Source of the DNA: Thermoplasmatota archaeon
GTDB lineage: Archaea; Thermoplasmatota; Penumbrarchaeia; Penumbrarchaeales; Penumbrarchaeaceae
DNA length: 64,000 nucleotides
Direction: 5' to 3'
NCBI GenBank assembly: GCA_049472195.1
Contig: JBLIRG010000002.1
Coordinates: 5,184-69,183 of the forward strand
Shown: piece after piece, positions 1-10,400 of the stretch
How the letters are laid out: every line of letters begins with the position of its first letter
Numbering within the stretch: the first letter of the stretch is position 1
The notes under the pieces: generated by a model
Seen by the model: the letters and a program-made list of their open reading frames with translations, nothing else
Told to the model about the DNA's origin: nothing
Databases searched by the model: none
Position numbers and translations under genes: made by a program

Positions 1-2521
1 ACCAAGGGTACCGGCCCTCGAACCGATGGAAAGTTACACGGTATCCTTCGACTGGAAAGCTCTTCAACCTATCGGTTTCCACAAGCTGTATGCCACTCTG
101 GACTATATGGATGAGGTGAAAGAGCAGGACGAGGAGAACGAGTGGAACTTCTCCGTGAAAGTCGATACCGAGCCGGACATCGCCCTGGTATCCGATATCG
201 GATTCAATCCGAATCCGGTTACCGACGGAAGGAATGCCACCATATGGATACATGTTAAGAACCTGGGAAACACGATGGCCCGGGATGTGGAGGTCCGTTT
301 CTCTCTGGACTCGGAGATAAACATACTCGGAACCGAGGTGATAAACCTGCTACCCGGTCAGATGAGGAATCTGACACTCAGATGGTCCGCAAAGGGACCG
401 GGGACGCACAGCATCCTTCTGTTCGCCGACCACGGCGATGATATCCTGGAAACGGACGAATCCAACAATTTCAAGTCAAAGGACATCCTGGTCCTGACCA
501 AACCCGACATCACCATGAACCAGGAGGATCTTCAGATCTCTCCCAAGGGGATGATCGAGATCGGTTCGCTTGTCTACCTGAATGCCACGATCTGGAACAA
601 AGGACAGACAGACGCCTCGACCGTGATAGTCAGGTTCTACGACGGCAATCCTGAACTGGGAGGAAGGATAATTCCATACACCGAGACCCAGCCGTCTGTG
701 AACATAGAGATGATACGGGCCGGAAGCTGGCACAAGGTATCATTGACCTGGAAGGCCAACATCGGCGGTTCGCACAAGATCTACGTGGTGATGGACCTCT
801 CGAACCTCGTCGTCGAGAAAAACGAGGACAACAACATCATGTCATGGGATCTATATGTCAAGACATTGCCGGAACTCAGTTTCTCGGACATATCCTTCTA
901 TCAGGGAGGTTTCCTGGTCAATTCCTCAGGGGTTGATACTGAGAGGGATCAGGAGGATATGCTGAAATTAACCATCAACGTAACCCTCGTGAACACCGGA
1001 GATTCTCCGGCCGGGGAATTCTCCGTGACGTTCTTCAACGGGAATCCGATCCAAGACTCCACATCCATAGAGATCGGAGAGATCAGATATCCGTCGGGAG
1101 TGCTTCCGGGCCACGCATCGAAATTCCTTGAGTACGACTGGAATGTCGATTATCCAAAGGGCATAAGGAACATATACGTGACCGTCAGCCTCCTCGAGGG
1201 ATCCGAACAGAATACGGACAACAACTTCATATTCGCACCGCTGGAGGTATTCGATATCAACGATGTGCCCGAGCTTCACGTGGAAACCGACAGCCTCCTG
1301 ATCTTCTCTAATTATCTGGGCATCGATCCTCTCGATATGAACATCGGCGAGGAGGAGAGGAGGACCTTCGTCGGGATGAACCACTCCATATCGTTCAACA
1401 TCACCAACATCGGCGGTAAAGCCGCCTCCAACCTGACCGTCCATTTCATATCATCAAACCTCACGGATACATGGATAGAGCACAGTTACAACATACCGAT
1501 ACTGGAGAATGAGGGAACCGCCCTGGTGACAGGTTTCTGGAACATCCGTGATATGGACGTGAACGAGCTGTCCATAATCGTGGATCCAGACAACAGCATC
1601 AGGGAGTTTGACGAGGGCAACAACCTGCTGACCTACAAGGTGAAGGTCGAGGAAGCCCCCGATCTGACCGTCCGGTTGATCAAGACCGGCGATTATTACA
1701 ACTACAACCTTGACAGGTTCGAGATGACCAAGGGAAAAAGCTATACGGTTTCCTTCGACATCATCAACAGCGGCAATCTCTCCTACAACGGCATTGACGT
1801 TTACTTCAGCGGTCCTGCCAGCAACAACGAGCAGACGATCTCGGTCGATGCGAACTCCACAAGAAGGGTCGTCTTCAACATCGAACCTGCAAGCATAACC
1901 ACCGTACCGTATCCTTGGACATGCACCGTCAACCGATATGCTAACTTCTTCGAGGCGGATCTTTCCAATAACGAGGATGAGGGTTATTTCCTTGTGACGG
2001 AGGAGAAGGATACCGAATTCCCCTGGATAATAATTGTGGTGGTCCTTGTTGTGATCGTTCTGGTCGTGATCGGCATAGTGTTCTTTGTCGTCACCAGAAT
2101 GCAGAAGGGCGACATGGCGAAGTGTTCCAACTGCGGTGGGCTTGTGGAGATGGAAGCTTCCATCTGCCCGCACTGCGGAATAGAATTTTCCGATGAGGTC
2201 GAATGCGACTGCGGCGAGATCATTCCGCCGGGGTCCACTGAATGTCCGAGCTGCGGAAAACCGGTCGAGGTTCCGGAAGCCGAGAAGGACGAGGAATCCG
2301 AGGTTGAGGGATCAAAGGAGGAAGGCCCCGCCGCTAAATCGGATGAATCCGAGGAGGAGGAATTCGAGGAGGAGGAGCTCGAGGAATTCACCGAGGAGGA
2401 TCTCGAGATGAAGCCCGGGTCTGTTCAGGAAGAAGAGGAGATGGCCGAGTGCTTCGAATGCGGGTCCATCATTCCCATATCAGCACCGATCTGCCCGCAC
2501 TGCGGCGCTGTGTTCGAGTGA
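1..2521 (+). CDS. 5'-truncated large surface protein: multiple CARDB/Ig-like domains, C-terminal TM helix, cytoplasmic tail with three Cys-rich Zn-ribbon units and an acidic linker
   Basis: The frame is open back to the window start. CARDB-like motifs recur (PDIAL..SDI, V.N.G...A..V.V.F, E.DE.NN). TM FPWIIIVVVLVVIVLVVIGIVFFVV is followed by CSNC..CPHC, CDC..CPSC and CFEC..CPHC units. Confidence 0.85.
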   Translation, partial: PRVPALEPMESYTVSFDWKALQPIGFHKLYATLDYMDEVKEQDEENEWNFSVKVDTEPDIALVSDIGFNPNPVTDGRNATIWIHVKNLGNTMARDVEVRFSLDSEINILGTEVINLLPGQMRNLTLRWSAKGPGTHSILLFADHGDDILETDESNNFKSKDILVLTKPDITMNQEDLQISPKGMIEIGSLVYLNATIWNKGQTDASTVIVRFYDGNPELGGRIIPYTETQPSVNIEMIRAGSWHKVSLTWKANIGGSHKIYVVMDLSNLVVEKNEDNNIMSWDLYVKTLPELSFSDISFYQGGFLVNSSGVDTERDQEDMLKLTINVTLVNTGDSPAGEFSVTFFNGNPIQDSTSIEIGEIRYPSGVLPGHASKFLEYDWNVDYPKGIRNIYVTVSLLEGSEQNTDNNFIFAPLEVFDINDVPELHVETDSLLIFSNYLGIDPLDMNIGEEERRTFVGMNHSISFNITNIGGKAASNLTVHFISSNLTDTWIEHSYNIPILENEGTALVTGFWNIRDMDVNELSIIVDPDNSIREFDEGNNLLTYKVKVEEAPDLTVRLIKTGDYYNYNLDRFEMTKGKSYTVSFDIINSGNLSYNGIDVYFSGPASNNEQTISVDANSTRRVVFNIEPASITTVPYPWTCTVNRYANFFEADLSNNEDEGYFLVTEEKDTEFPWIIIVVVLVVIVLVVIGIVFFVVTRMQKGDMAKCSNCGGLVEMEASICPHCGIEFSDEVECDCGEIIPPGSTECPSCGKPVEVPEAEKDEESEVEGSKEEGPAAKSDESEEEEFEEEELEEFTEEDLEMKPGSVQEEEEMAECFECGSIIPISAPICPHCGAVFE

Positions 2522-2528
2522 CGGGATC

Positions 2529-2569
2529 ATGATGTCCGGTGGCATGCTGACGCCGGACATTATTTTTTT
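2529..2569 (+). terminator. Hairpin plus U-tract terminator after the CARDB gene
   Basis: atgatgtccggtg (2529-2541) pairs with cgccggacattat (2551-2563) using two G-U pairs, followed by a T7 tract. Confidence 0.7.
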
Positions 2570-2754
2570 GTATTTTCACTGCACAGGCATGAACGTACCG
2601 ATTGATAGATAATCTTTGTATTATCAACACGTTTAAGCCCGGCTTAATAAAGGAACCCTATACATTTCATAAGTGATCTCATGCCGATCAACAGCGGAAG
2701 TGCAAGACCTTGACAAGGAAAAATGTAATAAGAGACATCTATCATTTCCCGTTA

Positions 2755-3828
2755 ATGGAACCAAAGGCGATCACAAAAATTCTGGACAGTTACGATAAAA
2801 ACGATCTGACCGTTACCACCGTATGTTCCCATTCCAGCCTTCAGATATTCCACGGCGCGAGGAAGGAAGGTATGAAAACTATGGGGATATCGATCGGCAG
2901 GGCTCCCAAGATTTTTGACGCGTTCCCCGCTGCAAAACCCGATTCCTTTCTGGTCCTGGATGATTACAAGGAGCTTCCGGATCATCTCGACGAGATCAGG
3001 AACAAAAACGGCATATTGATCCCGCATGGTTCATTCGTGGAATATCTCGGGGCGGACAATTTTCGGAACCTGATGGTTCCCACCTTTGGAAACCGAAACG
3101 TCCTGGAATGGGAATCGGACCGGAACAAGGAGAGGGTGTGGCTGGAGAGGGCGGGCATATCCATGCCCCGCGAGATCAAGGATCCGAAGAAGATCGACGT
3201 CCCGGTGATGGTGAAATACCAGGGGGCAAAGGGAGGAAGGGGTTTCTTCATAGCAAAGGATTACAACCAGTTCAAGATGGGTATCGATCACGAGCAGAAG
3301 TACAACATACAGGAGTACATCCTGGGTACCCGTTATTACCTTCATTTCTTCCATTCGCCCCTTAGGACGGATGGTTACAAGGTTGACGGGGCCAGGGGGA
3401 TCGTGGAACTGATGTCGATGGACCGCCGGGACGAGACGAACATAGACGAGATGTATAAACTGGGTTCCCAGGAGGAACTGAAGGAGCACGGTATATACCC
3501 CACATTCGTTGTGACAGGAAATCTTCCGCTCGTCATAAGAGAATCCCTCCTTCCCAAGGCATTCGAGATGGCAGAGAGCGTCGTCAGGGAATCGTACGAG
3601 CTGTTCGGGGGAATGGTGGGGCCGTTCTGCCTCGAGACCGTGGTTACCGATCAGCTGAAATTCAAGGTGTTCGAGATCTCCGCGAGGATCGTCGCCGGAA
3701 CCAATCCCTTCATATCGGGATCGCCGTATGCCGATCTCATAGAGGACGGCCTGTCAACGGGAAGGAGGATAGCCCAGGAGATCAAGCTGGGAGTCGGGCT
3801 AAACCGTCTTGATGAGATAATAACATAA
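2755..3828 (+). CDS. purP: FAICAR synthetase PurP (ATP-grasp)
   Basis: CSHSSLQIFHGARKEG, PHGSFVEY, GAKGGRG, VTGNLPLVIRESLL and FEISARIVAGTN motifs. ATG 2755 is preferred over TTG 2710. Confidence 0.93.
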   Translation: MEPKAITKILDSYDKNDLTVTTVCSHSSLQIFHGARKEGMKTMGISIGRAPKIFDAFPAAKPDSFLVLDDYKELPDHLDEIRNKNGILIPHGSFVEYLGADNFRNLMVPTFGNRNVLEWESDRNKERVWLERAGISMPREIKDPKKIDVPVMVKYQGAKGGRGFFIAKDYNQFKMGIDHEQKYNIQEYILGTRYYLHFFHSPLRTDGYKVDGARGIVELMSMDRRDETNIDEMYKLGSQEELKEHGIYPTFVVTGNLPLVIRESLLPKAFEMAESVVRESYELFGGMVGPFCLETVVTDQLKFKVFEISARIVAGTNPFISGSPYADLIEDGLSTGRRIAQEIKLGVGLNRLDEIIT

Positions 3829-3881
3829 TATACGACGATTTTTGGCGCGTAATCCTTAATAGTAGGGTTCGATTATACGGA

Positions 3882-4391
3882 TTGATGAGACGGACCTTCC
3901 TCTTCGATTTCGACGATACCCTGGCCGGTTTTGCCGTGTACAATACCTGGGTTTACATCTCTCCCGTCAAGGTCTTCCCGCCCGTAGGGGGGCTCCTGCC
4001 GGGGGCGGAGGATGTTCTGGAATTTCTTACATCCCGCGGAGACGATCTGAAGATGGTCACCCTGAACATCGTTCTCAACGAGGAGAGGAAATGGAAAAAG
4101 CTGGAAAGGCTGGGTCTGAGGAAATACTTCAACGAGGACAATGTCTGGATGGTGAGGGAGAAAACCCCCGATCTTTTCAGGGAAATCTGCAGGGGAAAAA
4201 ATCCCCAAAGATGCGTGATGGTGGGGAATTCCATCGTAAACGATATCCGGCCGGCCCTGAAAGCGGGGATCAAGGCGATATTCATACCCCGGCCCTTTTT
4301 CAAGAGGATATTGCCGATCAGGATCGACGATCCAAACTGCATCAGGCTTGGCAGCATAAGGGAGATCATCGACCGGTACGACGAGTTCTGA
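3882..4391 (+). CDS. HAD-superfamily hydrolase
   Basis: FDFDDTL motif I and VMVGNSIVNDIRPA motif IV. Confidence 0.85.
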   Translation: MMRRTFLFDFDDTLAGFAVYNTWVYISPVKVFPPVGGLLPGAEDVLEFLTSRGDDLKMVTLNIVLNEERKWKKLERLGLRKYFNEDNVWMVREKTPDLFREICRGKNPQRCVMVGNSIVNDIRPALKAGIKAIFIPRPFFKRILPIRIDDPNCIRLGSIREIIDRYDEF

Positions 4392-4446
4392 ATGGGACAA
4401 CTTTAATAGAATGATCGACAATCCCCGCCCTCGTTCGGGGTATGCC

Positions 4447-6495
4447 ATGCGATTAATTATCTGTGAGAAGAACAACGCCGCCAGGAGAATATCCTCGATC
4501 CTATCGGGCGACAATGTATCGACGGTCAAGAGAGGCAGGGTCCCCCTATACCAGTTTCAATGGGAGGGAGAGGAAACCTACTCTGTGGGTCTCAGAGGCC
4601 ACATTCTGAACATGGATTTCCCGAAAGAGTACAACAACTGGTCTGCGCACAGGCCGGCAGACCTCATAGAAGTCAAACCGGAGAAGATGGTATCCGAGAG
4701 ATCGATCGCCTCGGTGCTGAGGTCCCTGTCCAAGGAGGCGGATTCCGTATATGTCGCGACAGACTACGACAGGGAGGGGGAGCTTATCGGCCTGGAGGCG
4801 GTCGAGTACGCGTTCGGAGAGAACTCTGTGAAAACATCGAAGAGGGCGCGCTTCTCATCACTGACACCCAGGGAGATAACGGCATCATTTTCGGACCTGA
4901 CCGGGATCGATGTACCTCTGGCCAAGGCGGCGGAGACCAGACAGATCATCGATCTGTACTGGGGCGCCACCCTGACCCGTTTCGTTTCGCTGACATCCGA
5001 CAGGATGGGTCATGATTTCCTGTCAGTCGGCAGGGTTCAGAGCCCGACCCTTGCGATAATCGTGAAAAAGGAGAGGGAGATAAGGGATTTCCAGCCGGTT
5101 CCGTACTGGACGATCGAAGGCTCCTTCGAGAAGGACGGAAGCGGTTTCAACGGAGTGCATACCCACGGTGACTTCCTGGAGGAGAATGGAGCCCTGGAGA
5201 TCTTCAACAGGATCAAGGACGCAAAGCAGGCGGAGGTCACTTCCGTCACCGGAAAGGAGAGGGATGACAGGCCGCCCATTCCCTTCAATACCACTCACCT
5301 TATAAGGGCAGCCAATACCATGGGAATGTCCGCATCACGCATCATGTCGGTCGCGGAGGATCTGTACACCGAGGGATATATTTCCTACCCGAGGACGGAC
5401 AATACTGTATATCCGGTATCGCTGGATCTCAGGGCTTCGACCGAGATGCTTGCGCACGGACCATACAAGAAGGCGGCGGATCACATACTGGGAAAGGACC
5501 GGATCATTCCGACCCGCGGAAGCAAGGAGACCACCGACCATCCTCCGATCTATCCGACATCATATGCCGCGAAAAACGAGCTTTCGGATGAAAAATGGAA
5601 GCTGTACGATCTGATAGTCAGACGTTTCCTGGCAACGCTTCACGATCCTTCGAAGGTTAGGATCACAAGGGTCAATATGAACGTTGGAGGAGAGATATTC
5701 GCTGCCTCCGGGGTCAGGACATTGTATCCGGGCTGGAGGGAGATCTACACATTCTCGAAGATCAAGGAGACGACGATACCTCACATAGAGAAGGGGGACG
5801 TGATCTCGGTTGAGGGGATCGATCTGAATGCGAAACATACGAAACCCCCCAAGCGGTACTCCCAGGGAGGCCTCATTCAGGAAATGGAGAGGCTCGGGCT
5901 CGGAACGAAGTCCACGAGGCACGAGATAATCAAGAAACTCTATGACAGAAGGTATATCGAGGATTCCCCCCCCCGCCCCACCATGTCGGGTGATGCCCTC
6001 GTTACATCTCTTGAGAAATATGCACCCCATATAACCGATCACGACATGACCGCAAGACTTGAGCGGGATATGGAGAAGATCAGCCAGGGGGCGCTGACGG
6101 AGGAGGAGGTCCTCGACGAATCGAAGGGAATGCTCAAAGAGATCATGGATGAGATGGAGACGAACAAGGTCGATATCGCCAAGGATCTCAAGGAGGCATT
6201 CCAGATCCAGGATGTTGTTGGTTTGTGTCCCAGGTGCAATCATCCCATGCTCCTTGCAAGGTCCAAATGGGGGAAGAGGTACGTGAGATGCTCCATGTCG
6301 CCCGGCTGCTCGAAATCGTATCCTCTCCCGCAGAAGGGTAAGATATCATTCACCGAGAACAGGTGCGGGGATTGCAGATCACCGATGATAGTGATGTACC
6401 GCAAGGGAAGACCTCCCTTCGAGACATGCATCAATCCCGCCTGTCCCACCAAAGCGGGCGGGAAGGGAGGCGGTGGTGGATCGAATGACCGATAG
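4447..6495 (+). CDS. topA: DNA topoisomerase IA with C-terminal Cys4 Zn fingers
   Basis: LIICEK Toprim start, ATDYDREGE, SVGRVQSPTL, GYISYPRTD (catalytic Tyr), GLGTKSTR and C-terminal CxxC pairs. Confidence 0.95.
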   Translation: MRLIICEKNNAARRISSILSGDNVSTVKRGRVPLYQFQWEGEETYSVGLRGHILNMDFPKEYNNWSAHRPADLIEVKPEKMVSERSIASVLRSLSKEADSVYVATDYDREGELIGLEAVEYAFGENSVKTSKRARFSSLTPREITASFSDLTGIDVPLAKAAETRQIIDLYWGATLTRFVSLTSDRMGHDFLSVGRVQSPTLAIIVKKEREIRDFQPVPYWTIEGSFEKDGSGFNGVHTHGDFLEENGALEIFNRIKDAKQAEVTSVTGKERDDRPPIPFNTTHLIRAANTMGMSASRIMSVAEDLYTEGYISYPRTDNTVYPVSLDLRASTEMLAHGPYKKAADHILGKDRIIPTRGSKETTDHPPIYPTSYAAKNELSDEKWKLYDLIVRRFLATLHDPSKVRITRVNMNVGGEIFAASGVRTLYPGWREIYTFSKIKETTIPHIEKGDVISVEGIDLNAKHTKPPKRYSQGGLIQEMERLGLGTKSTRHEIIKKLYDRRYIEDSPPRPTMSGDALVTSLEKYAPHITDHDMTARLERDMEKISQGALTEEEVLDESKGMLKEIMDEMETNKVDIAKDLKEAFQIQDVVGLCPRCNHPMLLARSKWGKRYVRCSMSPGCSKSYPLPQKGKISFTENRCGDCRSPMIVMYRKGRPPFETCINPACPTKAGGKGGGGGSNDR

Positions 6496-7375
6496 TATTT
6501 CCTTTCCGACCGTGTCCCTGGGAAGGATCGGGATCTATCCTGATCCCGCTAGATTCTCGAACCTGAAACCCCCGCTGATAATGGGGATCCTGAACGTAAC
6601 CCCCGATTCCTTCTCGGACGGCGGCATGTATCTGGATTCGGATGCCGCCGTTGAGAGGGGCTTGAAGATGGTTAGCGAGGGGGCGGATATAATCGATGTG
6701 GGTGGAGAGTCGACCCGCCCGTTTTCAGAAATCGTTCCCCCGGAGGTCGAGATCGAGAGGGTCCTTCCGGTCATCAGGGAGCTGGTAAGGAAAATACCGG
6801 TTCCGGTATCAATCGATACCAGAAATCCGGAAACGGCATCGGAATGCATCGGAGCGGGCGCGTCCATGGTAAATGATGTGAACGGCCTGAGGGAGGAGGG
6901 AATGGATGAACTGGTTGCGAGGACGGGGGTGAGCGCCGTTATCATGCACATGATGGGCTCCCCAAAGGACATGCAGGTCTCACCTCGATACGAAGATGTT
7001 GTGGCGGTGGTGCGGGATTTCCTCGATGAGCGTGTCGAACGCATGACGGATCTGGGTGTTGACCGCGGCCGGCTCATAGTGGATCCCGGCATCGGATTCG
7101 GAAAGACCGTTGAACATAATCTCGATCTCATAGCGAACATCAAGGTCCTCAAGCAGATCGGTTGTCCCGTTCTGATCGGGGCGTCAAGGAAGTCTTTCAT
7201 CGGGAAGATCCTTGGCACGGAGACCGACGAGAGGCTGGCAGGATCCCTTGCTGCAGCGTTGGAAAGTGTACGCCGGGGCGCCGACATAGTAAGGGTTCAC
7301 GATGTTTTAGAGACAAAGAGGGCGCTGATGATAACATACGCATTGGAAAATCCCGGTTTATTCGAATCCTTGTAG
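6485..7375 (+). CDS. folP: Dihydropteroate synthase
   Basis: IMGILNVTPDSFSDGG, DVGGESTRP, SIDT, DPGIGFGK, GASRKSFIG and VRVHDV motifs. Overlaps the topA stop by 11 nt. Confidence 0.93.
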   Translation: MTDSISFPTVSLGRIGIYPDPARFSNLKPPLIMGILNVTPDSFSDGGMYLDSDAAVERGLKMVSEGADIIDVGGESTRPFSEIVPPEVEIERVLPVIRELVRKIPVPVSIDTRNPETASECIGAGASMVNDVNGLREEGMDELVARTGVSAVIMHMMGSPKDMQVSPRYEDVVAVVRDFLDERVERMTDLGVDRGRLIVDPGIGFGKTVEHNLDLIANIKVLKQIGCPVLIGASRKSFIGKILGTETDERLAGSLAAALESVRRGADIVRVHDVLETKRALMITYALENPGLFESL

Positions 7376-7377
7376 AA

Positions 7378-7418
7378 ATAAAAAAAATAAAAGCGCCGGA
7401 ATATTTCACCGACGCTTT
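7378..7418 (-). terminator. Hairpin plus U-tract terminator after FG-GAP paralog 1
   Basis: On the minus strand, aaagcgtcgg pairs with ccggcgcttt (one U-G), followed by a T-rich run (A-tract at 7376-7392 on the + strand). Confidence 0.65.
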
Positions 7419-7433
7419 CACACGGCCGTTTAC

Positions 7434-10400
7434 CTACAGCTGTTTCTTCGTTCCGCAGAGCGGGCACTCGACCTGGGCTGCTCCCGGAGGTACTTCGACG
7501 GACGAACCGCAGAGATCGCACAGGATTGTCGTACCAGCTGATTCGGCATTCCCCGGGAGGTTCGGGGTTGCGGCCAGGTCCTCCGGTTTCGGTATCTTAC
7601 CGGGAACGGATCCTGCCGGAGCCGGTGCTTTTGCGGGAGCCGGAGCGGGCGCGGGGGCCGGTTCGGGCTGGACCGGTTTCGCCGGTTCCTCAGTTTCTTC
7701 AGGCTCGGTCTTTTCCCTCTTCTTCTCTTTCTCGACCCTTCCCCGGGGGACAACCTGCTGGGCCGATACGGGAGGCAGCGAGAGACCCATTTCCTTGACC
7801 GAGGGCAGAAGCTCCGGTTCAATTCCGGTAAGCGCCTCGTACCTCTGCACCATGCTTGCTTCCCTGGTCACATTCCTTGTAACCCTGTTCTTCTCCAAGG
7901 TCGACCTCTTCTTGAGCACGATCATCACCGCAACGATGAGTATCAGTATGGCAAGGACAACTATCCAGACCATGAACCCGAAGTAGGTGGAATATCCCGT
8001 TTCGTCCTCATCATCGATGATGAGCGGATTCAGTGGGTCCGCATCGAGATAATCGTTCATGCCGTCCTGATCCGTGTCGGCGATCTTCGGATTCGTTCCA
8101 AGAGAGAGCTCCTCTTGATCCGTCAGTTCATCTCCGTCGTCGTCAAGGTCCTCTCCATCCGGCAGACCGTCCCCGTCGGTGTCTATCTCGCTCGGGTGTA
8201 TCTTCACGTAGAAGGATATCGAGTCCGTGATGGTGAACCAGCCGTCCGTGACATAGAGGGTGATCACGTGCACGCCCTGTCCTAGGCTACTTGCCTCCAC
8301 CTCGAAATCGGCCTCTTCGCTCAGTATCGTCTTGTTCGCGAGAACCCACTTGAACTGGAGATTATCCAGATCAGGATCGATGGAATCAGATCCCTCGAAC
8401 GAGATCTTCTGCTGTGTGTCGTACACCTCGTGCATCTCGGGTGCGGATATCGAGGCCAACGGGGGATTGTTGACTTCCTTGTATACTATGTTGATCGGGA
8501 AGTCGTCGGAGACGACGAAACCGTTTCCGGCAATGTCCTTTACCCTCCATCTGACATAGTTGGTGGATCCGGGTTCGAACAGAAGTTCAGTCGATGATGC
8601 CAGGATGGTATCTGAATCATCCGTGAGACCCGCAGATATCCAGCCGCCGTAGTTGGATATGCCGTCTCGGGATACGGAATACTGTATGGTCGATGCGTCG
8701 ACTCCCGAGAGGTCCAGTCCCTGATCCTCGATGATTATGGTGGCGGTGATCCTGCTGTCCTCCTGGGGCTCCGGATCGGGAGTCGGATCCGAGAATGTGG
8801 GTGCCTGAATATCCACCCATGCATTGGCAGGATTCCGGCTGATCGCTTCCTTCTCGAAATCCGGCCGGCTCTCCTCGGCTTTCTCCCTCGCCATGTTGTC
8901 GGTGAGGTTTACCGTGTCCCTGTAGTGTATATACAGATCCTCGACCTTCTGATCCACATCGATGACCTTCGTGGTCCCGCGGTTTCCCGCCTCGTCGGCT
9001 ACCGACCACCATATGAAGTTCTCGGTTCCCTCAGAAAGCTGGACGGGAACCGATAAGGTGTAAACGTAGTTTTCACCTCTGTCAAGTGACAGGATCGTAT
9101 ACAGCGCCCTGACGCCGTCGTTCTCCCACATCTCCTCGGTAGGTTCGCCGTTCATGTTGTCGGTTACCAGATATTTCAAGGTGGATAGGTCCAGCATCGG
9201 GCTGTTATCGCCGACGACCAGATCGCTTATGGAAACCCTGAGCTCCACCTCCTTGGAGTTGAACCATATGTTACCTGTATAGGAGGGATAGTGATTGAAC
9301 AGTGTCAGGTCCTCCCTGTCGATAACGATGGACTTGATACCCCTCCTTCCGGGATTTCCTGCCTCGTCAATGCCCCATATCTGGATGGTATAGACTCCGC
9401 TCTCCCCGAGGGTCAGTTCCGTGAACCTGTCCTCGGTGTCGCCGGTTACCATGAAGGAGCCGGGGCCCCTGACCTGGTATTTGTAACCGATGACGCCTAC
9501 CTGGGTGTCGAAGGCAGGATCCCAGGAGATCCATACCTGGTTGTCGTTGTCCCACCTGCCCTCGGGATCATCGATGGAATCGGCGTGGAACTTCAGGTTC
9601 TGTGGCGCAAACGGTCCATCGAAATCGAGGCTGACGTAGAATCCGGGAATATTGGATACGGACGTGGCGTGCAGCTCGTACTCGGGATAGAGTATCTGTT
9701 CCACCCACAGCCGGAATATGCCCGAATCGACATTTGTCGGTATTCTGATATCTATCTCCAATCCGGCGCTGGATCTGTTCTCGAACACCCTGAGGTAGTT
9801 GTCCTTGACCCTCACGAAGAACTTGTCGTTTCCGGGAGATACGTCCGTTTCCTCGTATACCGCTCTAAGGCCTGTTATCCTCAGAGGCTCACCGCCGGAT
9901 AGGACAGCTCCTCTCTCAAGCTGGCTGTCTCCAAGCATAACCTTCATGTCGATATTATCGAACGTCAGGTCCTTCTCGACCCGAAGCATGTCCTCCCTCG
10001 TCTCCGTCTTCAAGAAGCGCCCCATAACGATGTTGAAGATCACATCGAATGGGTCCTGTGTCAGGAAATTCCTGTTGATACGGAAAGACAGGTTCAGTTC
10101 GGCATAGTGATAACCCGATGTTGTGAAGTCCGAATGTTCCGGGACCACCTCAAGGCCGTTCTCGTAACTGTCGATAATGTAATAGGTATCGTTCTGGGGC
10201 GAATAGCCGAATATGTAGCTGAGACCGGACAACTGACCCTTGAGCTTGAATTCTATGATTATTTCGGATGTCTGGTACACGGTCCATGAATTCGTGAAGT
10301 TCGTGTAGAAGGTGTATATTCCGCTTCCGATCTTGTTCGTGTCATTTCTGCCCTTTCCTCCGGCCTCGGCGCAGAGGATATTCCCCCCCTCGCCGTCTCC

